The translations under genes and the position numbers were made by a program. Positions 36,099 through 45,671 of a stretch of 64,000 nucleotides of DNA are shown in pieces; within the stretch, counting starts at the first letter, position 1, and every line of letters starts with the position of its first letter. This stretch comes from Candidatus Spongiisociaceae bacterium (GTDB taxonomy: Bacteria; Actinomycetota; Acidimicrobiia; Spongiisociales; Spongiisociaceae), in the NCBI GenBank assembly GCA_965202665.1, contig OZ241841.1:864001-928000 (forward strand), written 5' to 3'. The notes beneath the pieces are model-generated. The model saw only the letters and a program-made list of their open reading frames with translations. It ran no database searches and was not told where the DNA came from.

Positions 36099-37925
36099 AT
36101 GACGGAAGCCGCCCTTATCGATTCCCCCCCGGCGGAGGACCATCCCCCGCTGACCCCGTTTTCGCTGAAAGACCTGCTGGACCGCATCTCCCACGAATGG
36201 GACACCCGTCGCCGTATTTTCGACCTGCCCATCGCCCGTTTTTTCAACGTTTCCGACGGCCCCGACCTGTCCATCGATTTCATAGGCCGTCCGGCCGCCA
36301 CCCCGGTCGGCCCGGCCGCCGGCCCGCACAGCCAAATGGCCCAGAACATCGTCCTGTCCTGGCTGGGCGGAGGACGGGTGATGGAGCTGAAAACGGTGCA
36401 GATCCTGGACGAGTTGGTCATCAACCGGCCGTGCATCGACATGCAGACCATCGGCTACAACATCGAGTGGAGCCAGGAGTTGAAAATCCCCCAGTCGTTG
36501 GAGGAATACGTCAAAGGGTGGATGTTGCTGGAAATTCTGAGTCGCTGGGAGCCGCTCCGCCCCTACCTGGGCCCCGACCCCGGCCCGCACATTTTCGACC
36601 TGTCGGTGGGCTACGACCTAGCGGGCATTTCCACCCCGCAGGTGGCCTGGTTCATCGACTCCATGATGGACGCCGCGGCGGAAATAGAACGGTTGCGGCC
36701 GGAAGTGGGAGGGGAGTTCGCCCCGTTTCGGGATTTGGATTTCCCGTCCCGCATCGCCGACACCGTCACCCTCTCCACCTTCCACGGCTGCCCCCCGGAC
36801 GAGATCGAGTCCATAACCAAGCATCTCATCACCCGCCACGGTTTGGACGTGATCGTGAAACTCAACCCGACCCTGCTCGGCTTGGAGCGGGTAAGCGAAA
36901 TCGTGCATGAAAATTTGGGGTATGAGTCGGTAAAGTTGCGCCGCTCCGACTTCGACAACGACCTGCAGTTTCCCCGGGCCTTGGAGTTGATCGGCGAGTT
37001 GGAGGAGTTCGCCCGCGCCCGCAACCGGCGGTTCGGCGTCAAACTTACCAACACGCTGGTGGTGGAAAACACCAAAGGGTTCATGCCGGACGAGACCATG
37101 TACCTGTCCGGCCCGCCCCTGCATGTGGTTTCCACCGCCCTTTTGGGGGAGTTGCACCGGGCGTTGCCCGGCAAACTGAAAGTGGACGGCGGGGAGGGGG
37201 ACATCCAAGTGTCGTTCTCGGCGGGAATCACCAAAGAGAACCTGCCGGAGGCGGCCGGGCTGGGGCTGGCCCCCATCACCATCTGCTCCGATCTGCTTAA
37301 ACCGGGCGGCTACGGGCGGCTGGCCCCCATGCTGAAAAACTTGCGGACAAAAATGACGGAGGCGGGGGCGGGGTCGTTGTCGGAATGGCGGGCCCGCCGG
37401 AGGGAGGCGGCCGTCGCCGAAGGGCGCCCGGGGGCGGTGGCCGCCTACGTCGATTTCCTGCTGGATCCGTCCCGCAACCGCGCCTATGCCTTGGCCTCCA
37501 ACGAGAAACCGCCTCGAACGGTGGACCACCAGCTGGAAACGTGGGGGTGCGTGGCCTGCAACTTCTGCGTGACCGTATGCCCCAACGACGCCTTCTTCCG
37601 GTTGCCCACCCCCGACGACCTGAGCGAAGCGGGAATGACCGGCCGCCAGCAGTACCTGGTGCTGGCCGAACTGTGCAACGAATGCGGCAACTGCATGGTG
37701 TTCTGCCCGGAGGAGGGTGATCCGGCGGTGATCAAACCCCGCCTGTATCTGACGCGGGAGCGTTTCGCGGTGGAAACCGAACAGGCCTTTTTGGTGCACC
37801 GGGAAGCGGACGGCTACTGGGTGGAGCCCAACGCCGCCGGAGCCGGGGACACCGGGCAGTTGCTGAACATCCTCAACGCCGCCGAAGGCTTCATCCTCCC
37901 CTCCCTCCCCGACCCCGCCGAATAA
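36099..37925 (+). CDS. YgfK-like protein (N-terminal flavin TIM barrel + C-terminal 4Fe-4S), short form
   Basis: GPAAGPHSQMAQNI, ELKTVQ, YNIEWS, STFHGCPPDEIE, KLNPTLLG, KLTNTL, MYLSG; CVACNFCVTVCPN and CNECGNC. Confidence 0.8.
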   Translation: MTEAALIDSPPAEDHPPLTPFSLKDLLDRISHEWDTRRRIFDLPIARFFNVSDGPDLSIDFIGRPAATPVGPAAGPHSQMAQNIVLSWLGGGRVMELKTVQILDELVINRPCIDMQTIGYNIEWSQELKIPQSLEEYVKGWMLLEILSRWEPLRPYLGPDPGPHIFDLSVGYDLAGISTPQVAWFIDSMMDAAAEIERLRPEVGGEFAPFRDLDFPSRIADTVTLSTFHGCPPDEIESITKHLITRHGLDVIVKLNPTLLGLERVSEIVHENLGYESVKLRRSDFDNDLQFPRALELIGELEEFARARNRRFGVKLTNTLVVENTKGFMPDETMYLSGPPLHVVSTALLGELHRALPGKLKVDGGEGDIQVSFSAGITKENLPEAAGLGLAPITICSDLLKPGGYGRLAPMLKNLRTKMTEAGAGSLSEWRARRREAAVAEGRPGAVAAYVDFLLDPSRNRAYALASNEKPPRTVDHQLETWGCVACNFCVTVCPNDAFFRLPTPDDLSEAGMTGRQQYLVLAELCNECGNCMVFCPEEGDPAVIKPRLYLTRERFAVETEQAFLVHREADGYWVEPNAAGAGDTGQLLNILNAAEGFILPSLPDPAE

Positions 37926-37961
37926 ACGCAGGAGGGCTCCCCGCCGCCTAAAGTGTCGGAT

Positions 37962-38396
37962 ATGAGCGACCCCGTCGTCTACGACCGCAAAATCAGATTC
38001 TCCGACAGCGACGCCCAAGGCATCGTCCACAACGCGGCCTACCTGGTCTACTGGGACGACGCTTTCACCGACTACATGGAAACCATCGGTTGCTCTTGGA
38101 AGCGAATGATCGCCGCCGGAGACGACGTGGTGCTGGCCCGGACCGAAATCGACTACCGAAGCTCGGCCGCCATCGGCGACACGGCCCGCACCGCGGTAAA
38201 TGTAACCCGCATCGGGAACTCCTCCATAACCTTCCGTTACCAGACCGTCGACGTCGCCACCGGCCGAACCCTGGTGGAAGGTTCCCAAATTCAGGTCATC
38301 GTCGATCACCGCACCTTCCAACCCAAACCGGTCCCCGACTACATACGGGAGCTGATTTCCGCCCAGGAAGGGCCGGATTTGGATGGAGGACGATGA
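37962..38396 (+). CDS. 4-hydroxybenzoyl-CoA thioesterase family protein
   Basis: RFSDSDAQGIVHNAAYL hotdog motif. Confidence 0.88.
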   Translation: MSDPVVYDRKIRFSDSDAQGIVHNAAYLVYWDDAFTDYMETIGCSWKRMIAAGDDVVLARTEIDYRSSAAIGDTARTAVNVTRIGNSSITFRYQTVDVATGRTLVEGSQIQVIVDHRTFQPKPVPDYIRELISAQEGPDLDGGR

Positions 38397-39553
38397 CCAA
38401 CCCTTGGGTGGCCGACACCCCCGCCTCGCCCATATCCCAGGTTCGGGACTGGATGGCGGGGCGGACGGAGGGGGGACGGCAACCGCTGATCGACGTGTCG
38501 CAGGCCGCCCCCGGATACCCGCCCGCGCCCCAACTGCGGGAACACCTGGCGTCGCTGGATTGGACCGGGGCGGCCCGCTACGGGCCGGTGCTGGGCCAAC
38601 CCGAATTGCGGGCCGCCCTGGCCGACGACATTTCCGCCGTTTACCGGGCCCCGGTCCGCCCCGAACAGACGGCCGTCACCGCCGGGGCCAACCAGGCTTT
38701 CTGCCTGGCGGTGAACGTGCTGTGCCGGGCCGGGGAGCAGGTCATCCTGCCCCTCCCCTACTACTTCAACCACGACATGTGGTTGCGCATCGGCGGCGTG
38801 GAACCGGTTTACCTGCCCGCCGGGGACGACATGATCCCGAACGCGGAGCGGGCGGCGGAGCTGGTCACCGACCGCACCCGGGCCGTCGTTCTGGTAACCC
38901 CCAACAATCCCACCGGCCGGGTGTATCCGCCGCAGGTGATACACGACTTCGCCCGGCTGGCCTACAACCGGGGGTTTCATCTGATCCTGGACGAAACCTA
39001 TCGGGACTTCCGAGAGGAGACCGGGCCGCCCCACCATCTTTTCACCGTTCCGGAGTGGGAAGGTTTTCTGGTTCACATCCACAGTTTCTCCAAAGTGTTC
39101 GCCATCACCGGGTTGCGGGTGGGGGGGCTGGCGGCCCGCCCCGGCCTGTTGGCCGAAGTCAACAAAGTGGCCGACTGCCTGACCATCTGCCCCAACCGGA
39201 TCGGACAGGAAGCCGCCCTCTACGGCCTGCGCCATCTGGGGGAGTGGGTGGAGGACAACCGGCGGAAGATGACGGAACGTTTGGAAAAGTTCACCGCCGC
39301 CGTCTCCTCCGGGCCGTACCGGACCGCCTCCGCCGGCGCTTACTTCGCCTACCTGCGCCATCCGCACGGAGAGGAAGCGGAGGGGGGCGCCACCGGCGCG
39401 GCCCGGCGCCTGTTCGACGACCATTCGGTTCTGGCCCTGGGCGGGGACATGTTCGGGCCGGGCCAGAACTCCTACCTGCGCTTGGCCTTCGGCAACCTAG
39501 ACGACCAAGACATCCCAGAGTTGGCCCGCCGCTTACGGCAAAGCGCCCTCTGA
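38393..39553 (+). CDS. Class I/II PLP-dependent aminotransferase
   Basis: TPNNPTG, DETY, SFSK...GLRVG; ATGA overlap with thioesterase. Confidence 0.9.
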   Translation: MTNPWVADTPASPISQVRDWMAGRTEGGRQPLIDVSQAAPGYPPAPQLREHLASLDWTGAARYGPVLGQPELRAALADDISAVYRAPVRPEQTAVTAGANQAFCLAVNVLCRAGEQVILPLPYYFNHDMWLRIGGVEPVYLPAGDDMIPNAERAAELVTDRTRAVVLVTPNNPTGRVYPPQVIHDFARLAYNRGFHLILDETYRDFREETGPPHHLFTVPEWEGFLVHIHSFSKVFAITGLRVGGLAARPGLLAEVNKVADCLTICPNRIGQEAALYGLRHLGEWVEDNRRKMTERLEKFTAAVSSGPYRTASAGAYFAYLRHPHGEEAEGGATGAARRLFDDHSVLALGGDMFGPGQNSYLRLAFGNLDDQDIPELARRLRQSAL

Positions 39554-39708
39554 AGCCGGATAGCGGACGCTTTCCCCACCCCTAATTCGCAACTTGCGAG
39601 AACGCGAAAAAAGACCCTTGAAAACTTTCTGAAAATTGGGCATATTAGTCACAGCGTCCTTATACGGGCCCGTCAACGCCGAACGTCCGGAAACGGAGGT
39701 GGACTATA

Positions 39709-40188
39709 ATGACCGCTGTGGAAATCGTAATTTTCATCGTCTTGGGCGGCATGCTCTTTCCCATGCTCGCCTTCGTGGCGATGATCGCCTGGCGTACCAG
39801 CACCGCCGTGGCGCAAGTCGTCGGCGTGCTGGAGGGGTACAAAGCCATGTTCGAGGCGATCGGCGACCGCTTCGCCGCCCTCTACGACAGACTCGACGCC
39901 TACAACACCAACAACGAAACCCTGTTTATCACTTTGCGCACCGAATTCAACACCCGGATGGACAAATTGGACGAACGGGTGGGCCTGCTGGAGAAGGACA
40001 TGGCGGAGGTCAAGGCGGATGTGTCCGTGCTCAAGACCAACATGGGCCTGCTCCGAGAAGAAGTCACGCTCATCAAAGCCAACATGGAAACCCAACAACA
40101 AGACATCACCCTCATCAAAGCCAACATGGAAACCCAACAACGGGATATGACGCTCATCAAGGAACATCTTTTGGGCGAAGCCGACTGA
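39709..40188 (+). CDS. Single-TM coiled-coil protein with 14-aa tandem repeat
   Basis: SD GGAGG; N-terminal TM, heptad pattern, repeated TLIKANMETQQ. Confidence 0.7.
   Translation: MTAVEIVIFIVLGGMLFPMLAFVAMIAWRTSTAVAQVVGVLEGYKAMFEAIGDRFAALYDRLDAYNTNNETLFITLRTEFNTRMDKLDERVGLLEKDMAEVKADVSVLKTNMGLLREEVTLIKANMETQQQDITLIKANMETQQRDMTLIKEHLLGEAD
40066..40162 (+). repeat. 42-bp tandem repeat (2 copies + partial) in the coiled-coil gene
   Basis: acgctcatcaaagccaacatggaaacccaacaacaagacatc / accctcatcaaagccaacatggaaacccaacaacgggatatg / acgctcatcaagg. Confidence 0.9.
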
Positions 40189-40229
40189 CCTCCGGCTACG
40201 CGACAGAGGATGAGATAGGCGGAACGGGC

Positions 40230-41156
40230 ATGGCGCGCACGCTGGTCATCGACACCGACACCGCCTCCGATGACGCGGTGGCGCTGATGATGGCCCTGCG
40301 CCGCCCCGGGGTGAGGGTGGAGGCGATCACCGTGACGGCGGGCAACGTTCCTTTGCGACAGGCGGTGCAGAACGCCTTGTTCATAACGGAGTTGTGCGGG
40401 GACGACGTCCCAGTGTACGCCGGGGCGGCCCAACCTTTGCTGCAACCGCTGACCACCGCCGTAAACGTGCACGGCGCCGACGGAATGGGGGACATCGGCC
40501 TGCCCCTTTCCGGCCGCCGCCCCGCCTCCGGGCGCGCCGTCGATGTCTTAGCGGAAACCTTCCTGGAGCGGCCGGGGGAGATCGACCTGGTGACCTTGGG
40601 GCCGCTCACCAACCTGGCCTTGGCCTTGGCCCGCCGCCCGGAACTGGCCACCGCCATCGGCCATTGTTACATAATGGGGGGAACCGGAACGGGAACCGGC
40701 AACGTCACTCCCTTGGCTGAATACAACTTCTGGGCCGACCCGGAAGCCGCCGCCATGGCAATGCGGGCTCCGATGCCCAAAACCCTCATCGGATGGGACA
40801 TTTCCGTAGCCTCGGCCGCTTTCAACGAGGAGCAGGCGGCGGAAATCCGCAACATCGGAACCCGATACGCCCGGATAGCCATCGACATCCAGGCAACGGT
40901 GAATGATTTTGCCATAACGCACACCCGCCTGGCCGGGTTCGACCTGCCCGACCCGATCGCCATGGCGGTGGCCTTGGACCCGAACATCGCCGTATCCGAA
41001 CACGTTCATGTTTCGGTCCTGACCGGCTCCGGCCCGGCCCGCGGCCTGCAAAACACCGACTGGCGGGGCCTGTCCGGAAAGGAGCCCAACGCCCGGGTGG
41101 TCACGCACGTGCCCCGGGAGGACTTCACAGCCGCCCTGCGAGCCGGGCTTTCCTAA
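40230..41156 (+). CDS. Nucleoside hydrolase (IU-NH family)
   Basis: IDTDTASDDAVAL, VHGADGMG, LGPLTNLA, AEYNFWADPEAA. Confidence 0.92.
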   Translation: MARTLVIDTDTASDDAVALMMALRRPGVRVEAITVTAGNVPLRQAVQNALFITELCGDDVPVYAGAAQPLLQPLTTAVNVHGADGMGDIGLPLSGRRPASGRAVDVLAETFLERPGEIDLVTLGPLTNLALALARRPELATAIGHCYIMGGTGTGTGNVTPLAEYNFWADPEAAAMAMRAPMPKTLIGWDISVASAAFNEEQAAEIRNIGTRYARIAIDIQATVNDFAITHTRLAGFDLPDPIAMAVALDPNIAVSEHVHVSVLTGSGPARGLQNTDWRGLSGKEPNARVVTHVPREDFTAALRAGLS

Positions 41157-41536
41157 CCGGGGCCCCCGCCCAGGGCGAGGGCGAACACCACCGCCCATTC
41201 GTCGGTGTGGGTCACGGCCGCTTCCACCCGCTCCACCCCCAAAAGGGCGGCCCGGGCGGCGGCGGTTCCCGACAGGATGACGCGAGGCGGACCGCCGCCG
41301 GTGATTTCAATGTCGGTCCAGCGGATGGTCCGATACCCGGTTCCCAGGGATTTCATCACCGCTTCCTTCCCGGCGAACCGGGCCGCCAACCGGCGGGCGG
41401 GGCGGGCGAACCGAGCCGCGTATTCCCGCTCCCCGGCCGTGAAGCAACGGTCGGCGAAACGGGGATAGCGGGCCAGCAACCGCTCCACCCGCCCGATCTC
41501 CACCATGTCCGTCCCGATGCCGACGATGTTCCCCAT
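41153..41536 (-). CDS. acpS: Holo-ACP synthase
   Basis: IVGIGTDMVEI, ARFAGKEAVMKSLG; follows glmS. Confidence 0.92.
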   Translation of the reverse strand: MGNIVGIGTDMVEIGRVERLLARYPRFADRCFTAGEREYAARFARPARRLAARFAGKEAVMKSLGTGYRTIRWTDIEITGGGPPRVILSGTAAARAALLGVERVEAAVTHTDEWAVVFALALGGGPG

Positions 41537-41592
41537 CGCCGGCCGCCCTCCCGGCGTATGGGCGAACCCAGGCGGCGGAGCGCCCACCCCGC

Positions 41593-43464
41593 TCACTCCA
41601 CCGTCACGCTTTTGGCCAGGTTGCGGGGCTGATCGATGTCGCATCCCAGAACCAGGGCGGTGTGATAGGCCAGCAACTGCAGGGGAACGGCGGCCAGCAC
41701 CGGGGCCAGCAGGCCGTCCGTGCGGGGAATGCGCAACACCCGATCGGCGCAACGGTCCGCCTCCTCATCGTCGTCAAAAGCCACCGCCACCACCCGCGCC
41801 CCCCGGGCCTTGGTTTCCCACAGGCCGGACATGGCCTTGTCATAGACATCGTCCTGAGTGAGGGCCGCCACCACCGGCGTGCCTTCTTCAATCAGGGCCA
41901 AGGCGCCGTGTTTCAACTCCCCGGCGGGCATGGCCTCGGCGTGCAGGTAGGAAACCTCTTTGAGTTTCAACGCCCCTTCCATGGCGGTGGCGTAGTCCGC
42001 CCCCCGGCCGATAAAGTAAAGGTCGGAGGAGCCCGCCAGGTCGGCCGCCAACCGGCCGATCTCCCCCCGCCCCCGCCCGTAGCGGTCCAGAACCTCGGCT
42101 ATCTGACCGGGCAGGGCCCGCATTCCGGCCAGCAACGCCGCTTCCCGCGCCGGTCCCACCGCCCGCCGGCGGCGGGCCAGCCACAAGGCCAGCAGGCATT
42201 CGCCGACCAGCATGGCCAGATAGGCCTTAGTGGACGCCACCGCCACCTCCGGGCCGCCCCGGGTGTAGATGACATCGTCGGCGACGCGGGTGAGGGTGGA
42301 GCCCACCACGTTGGTCAAAGCCAGCAGACGGGAGTCCCGCTCGGAGGCCATCCGGGCCGCGGCCAGCGTGTCAGCCGTTTCCCCCGACTGGCTGATAGCC
42401 AAAGTGAGGGCCGGCCCCCCCGGCGGCGGGAACCGGTAACGCAGTTCGTGGGCGTAAACCGCTTCGGCGGGAAGGCGCGCCAAACGTTCCATCAGGGACA
42501 CCCCCACCAGCCCGGCGTGGTAGGCGGTGCCGCAACCGGTGATCCAGATTTTTTGCAGGGCGCGCAGGCCCGCCGGATCGTCGGGGGAAGCGCCCCGCCC
42601 CCCGGAGATGTCCTCCAAATCATCCAACGTCGCCCGGCTACCGTCCTCCGAGATGCGTCCCGCCAGGGTCTGGGCGATCACTTCCGGCTGCTCGTGTATT
42701 TCTTTGAGCATGAAATGGTCGTATCCTCCCCGTTCCGCCTCCCCCGCCTCCCAGTCGGCGATGAGCGGCTCTCGGCGGACTTCCGCTCCGTCGATGGTTT
42801 GTATCACCGCCCGGTCGGCGGTCACATCGGCGATCTCCCCGTCTTCCACCACCAAAAAACGGCGGGTGCGGTTGAGCAGGGCGGTGATATCGGAGGCCAG
42901 GAACATTTCCCCTTCGCCCAAGCCCACCACCAGCGGGCTGGTGAGGCGGGCGGCCACGATGCGGCCCGGTTCGCGGTCGCTGATGACGGCCAGCGCGTAG
43001 GCCCCGGTGGTGCGGGCGATAGCGCGGCGCAGAGCGGCGGCCAAATCCCCGTCGTATTCGGCGGCGATAAGATGGGCTAGGACTTCGGTGTCGGTCTCCG
43101 ACCGCAAGACGGCGCCGCCCGCGGACAACTCTTCCCGCAACCCCCGGAAGTTTTCAATAATCCCGTTGTGCACCACCGCAAAAGAATTTCCCCCGTCCAA
43201 GTGGGGATGGGCGTTGGCGTCGGAGGGGGCCCCGTGGGTCGCCCAGCGGGTGTGCCCCACGCCCAGGGAACCCGGCAACGGCCGCTCCTCCAAGACGGCC
43301 GCCAAGCGGTTCATTTTGCCTTCGGTTTTCCGCACCCGCAGTTTCCCGCGGCTGACGGCGGCGATGCCCGCCGAGTCGTAACCCCGGTATTCCAGCCGTC
43401 GCAGCCCATCCAAAATCACTTCCTGGGCCGAGCGGGGGCCGACGTATGCCACAATTCCGCACAC
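41593..43464 (-). CDS. glmS: Glutamine-fructose-6-phosphate transaminase
   Basis: (M)CGIV, LEYRGYDSAG, GHTRWATHG, SQSGETADT, PRNLAKSVTVE; GTG 43464. Confidence 0.97.
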   Translation of the reverse strand: MCGIVAYVGPRSAQEVILDGLRRLEYRGYDSAGIAAVSRGKLRVRKTEGKMNRLAAVLEERPLPGSLGVGHTRWATHGAPSDANAHPHLDGGNSFAVVHNGIIENFRGLREELSAGGAVLRSETDTEVLAHLIAAEYDGDLAAALRRAIARTTGAYALAVISDREPGRIVAARLTSPLVVGLGEGEMFLASDITALLNRTRRFLVVEDGEIADVTADRAVIQTIDGAEVRREPLIADWEAGEAERGGYDHFMLKEIHEQPEVIAQTLAGRISEDGSRATLDDLEDISGGRGASPDDPAGLRALQKIWITGCGTAYHAGLVGVSLMERLARLPAEAVYAHELRYRFPPPGGPALTLAISQSGETADTLAAARMASERDSRLLALTNVVGSTLTRVADDVIYTRGGPEVAVASTKAYLAMLVGECLLALWLARRRRAVGPAREAALLAGMRALPGQIAEVLDRYGRGRGEIGRLAADLAGSSDLYFIGRGADYATAMEGALKLKEVSYLHAEAMPAGELKHGALALIEEGTPVVAALTQDDVYDKAMSGLWETKARGARVVAVAFDDDEEADRCADRVLRIPRTDGLLAPVLAAVPLQLLAYHTALVLGCDIDQPRNLAKSVTVE

Positions 43465-43554
43465 AGGCGCACCTTTCGTTGGGGAATGGCTCACTTGACG
43501 GACGGCTCGGAGCGAGGTTTCCGGGTCCGCCTTCCCCAGGCGCCCCGGGATTTC

Positions 43555-43695
43555 CACTCCGGCCCGGGCTCTGTCCCCGCAGTCACCCGCGGGTTTTAAC
43601 CCGAACCGTCACGACCGTGGACAGCCGGGAGGGCATCCGCCGAATTCTTCGATAACCCTCCGCCTCGTCGCCCCAACGGGGCCCGGCGCTTCAAA
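43555..43695 (-). ncRNA. glmS ribozyme (GlcN6P-activated)
   Basis: Minus strand AGCGCC-GGGCCCCGTTGGGGC-GACGAGG-CGGAGGG-TTATCGAAGAATTCGGCGGATG-CCCTCC-CGG matches the glmS ribozyme core; directly upstream of glmS. Confidence 0.88.
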
Positions 43696-43753
43696 GGACG
43701 CTCCAATCCGTCCCGCCCAGTCTAAACCCCCTACCGCCCCAAACCCGGTATTT

Positions 43754-44464
43754 TCATGACCAGGTTTTACGTGCCAACACCAACCCATCTACTGAGCGAG
43801 CACCTGCTTCCTTAAGACGGATCGCAACGGCGTTTAATTGGAGGCCGGTAGTACAAACGTCATCATATATCAGTACATCGGCACCTTTTAATGCAAGATT
43901 GGTAGATATGACAAGATTATCACGTAGTTCATCAGCACGAGCTAACTTCTCATCATAGGATAACCTTCCTCTTGTACCTTTGGGAAGTGGCATAGATAGC
44001 ACTCTTGGTTCAAAGTTATATTTTCTCTGCACATCCTCAGTCATAGCAGATTCCAACACTAACTCAGTATGGCCATCACCCGTCTCCATATATGTTGGAT
44101 TGGGAACTATGACAGTATAAGGTTTTTGTTTCTTATCCAAATGCCCAATTATGAGCCTGCCAAATATAATAGCCCACTCTTTTTGTCGCCCTCTTTTTAA
44201 CCCAGTTATAGCGGATAGGATAGGTTCACCATATTTTGCTATAGCCTCAATACGATCGAAGGCGCGATTAGGATCTAAACATAATTTGTTTCTGCACTGA
44301 GCACCCTCTATAATTTGCTGAGCACAAATTTGGCACAACGGCGCACTTAATGGCTCGATAGTCTCATGAGCGCATTGTATACAAACCCCTGGACTACCAT
44401 TTTGCAGATAGAAACATTTATAGCAACGGGGAAATCCGAGGGGCTCGGGAAGATCTCTTGACAC
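43754..44464 (-). CDS. ComF-like protein (double Zn ribbon + type I PRTase), low GC
   Basis: CYKC..CIQC..CQIC..CRNKLC; VLIYDDVCTTG PRPP motif; SD AAGGAGG; 43861-43920 has 20/60 G+C. Confidence 0.85.
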   Translation of the reverse strand: MSRDLPEPLGFPRCYKCFYLQNGSPGVCIQCAHETIEPLSAPLCQICAQQIIEGAQCRNKLCLDPNRAFDRIEAIAKYGEPILSAITGLKRGRQKEWAIIFGRLIIGHLDKKQKPYTVIVPNPTYMETGDGHTELVLESAMTEDVQRKYNFEPRVLSMPLPKGTRGRLSYDEKLARADELRDNLVISTNLALKGADVLIYDDVCTTGLQLNAVAIRLKEAGARSVDGLVLARKTWS

Positions 44465-44563
44465 GTGAGGTTACCCTCCTTTGAATTCAAATTAATAGAA
44501 CCCTTAAGGTATCATATGCTTTGCAAAATGTCAAGCCAGTCTAGTAGATGTCTCTTACCTCTT

Positions 44564-45637
44564 TCAGACAAGTTCAAGGGCCATCTGGGACAAACGGCGG
44601 CGTTGCTCAGCTTTGGCGAGCACCCGCTGAGGGTCGGCCAGTCTGGAAAACACTTGCTCCACATCGTCGACTTCCACCGCTCCCCGCTCATCTACATAGC
44701 GACGGGCCCATTCCTGGTCGGTTACCAGGCTTTTTATCAGAAACACCTGCTTGTCGTGTTCCAAGGCCAGGCGAGCTTGCATTTTGGCACCTGATTTTCC
44801 CGAGGCCTCAATCACTACCGTTCCCTGTGCTATCCCGGACATTACCACATTTCGCGCCGGAAAAGACCATCGGGTAGGCGGGGCAGTCGGCCAGAACGAT
44901 GACACCACCGCGCCGCGGCGCACTATCTCATCCGCCAAAGCCTCGTTCTCCGGCGGGTAGGTACGTGTAACGCCGTTGCCGATCACGGCTATGGTACGGC
45001 CGTCGCCATCCAGCGTCGCCCGGTGGGCTTCGGTGTCAATGCCTCGGGCCAAACCGGAAACCACCGTAACCCCCCCCGCCGCCAACCGTTCGGCCATCTG
45101 CCGGGCCAATCGTAAACCATCGCCGGAGGGCCGACGGGTTCCCACCACGCACACCGAGCGTAAATCCTGCAAGCGGAGGGCGTCCCCTCTGATAAACAGA
45201 AAGGGAGGCAGGTTTGGTATAAAACGTAGATTGGAGGGATAGTCGTCATCCAAAACGGTGACCAACCGGGCACCGCTCTCAACGGCGGCGGACAGCTCAG
45301 CCTCCACTCGCTCCGTCGCTTCCCCGATGCGCAAGAGAGCCTCGCCCAAGATGGACCGGGCGTCGGCGGCGGCCGGGGACTGCTCGATCACACGGCCTTC
45401 GTACAAACGTTGCAGACCATCCGGGCGGGTGGCCTCGCGGGCCAGCAACGACCAATCAACCCGCTTATCCCCAACCGGCGGCAGTGCGCACAGGGTCAGC
45501 AAACTACGGTTGGCGTCTTGCGACTTCATATCGATTCGTCCGCCCTGGCCATTAGGTTGAGAATAATAGGGGGAACGATAACTACCCAATCGGCACAATG
45601 ATGCCAATTGACTGAAAAATTTTGTTGCGTGAGCCAT
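44564..45637 (-). CDS. DprA/Smf-like DNA-processing protein
   Basis: DYPSNL...PPFLFIRG, VVGTR, VSGLARGID, FPARNVVMSG, VIEA..KSGA; ATG 45637 with SD AAAGGAGG (alternative ATG 45529). Confidence 0.9.
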   Translation of the reverse strand: MAHATKFFSQLASLCRLGSYRSPYYSQPNGQGGRIDMKSQDANRSLLTLCALPPVGDKRVDWSLLAREATRPDGLQRLYEGRVIEQSPAAADARSILGEALLRIGEATERVEAELSAAVESGARLVTVLDDDYPSNLRFIPNLPPFLFIRGDALRLQDLRSVCVVGTRRPSGDGLRLARQMAERLAAGGVTVVSGLARGIDTEAHRATLDGDGRTIAVIGNGVTRTYPPENEALADEIVRRGAVVSSFWPTAPPTRWSFPARNVVMSGIAQGTVVIEASGKSGAKMQARLALEHDKQVFLIKSLVTDQEWARRYVDERGAVEVDDVEQVFSRLADPQRVLAKAEQRRRLSQMALELV

Positions 45638-45657
45638 ACGGCCTCCTTTCCCAGATA

Positions 45658-45671
45658 CGAACATATGTTCG
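45658..45671. promoter_or_regulatory. LexA (SOS/Cheo-type) box upstream of the dprA-like gene
   Basis: Perfect palindrome CGAAC-ATAT-GTTCG between minus-strand TATAAT (45681-45686) and the SD of the dprA-like gene. Confidence 0.75.
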
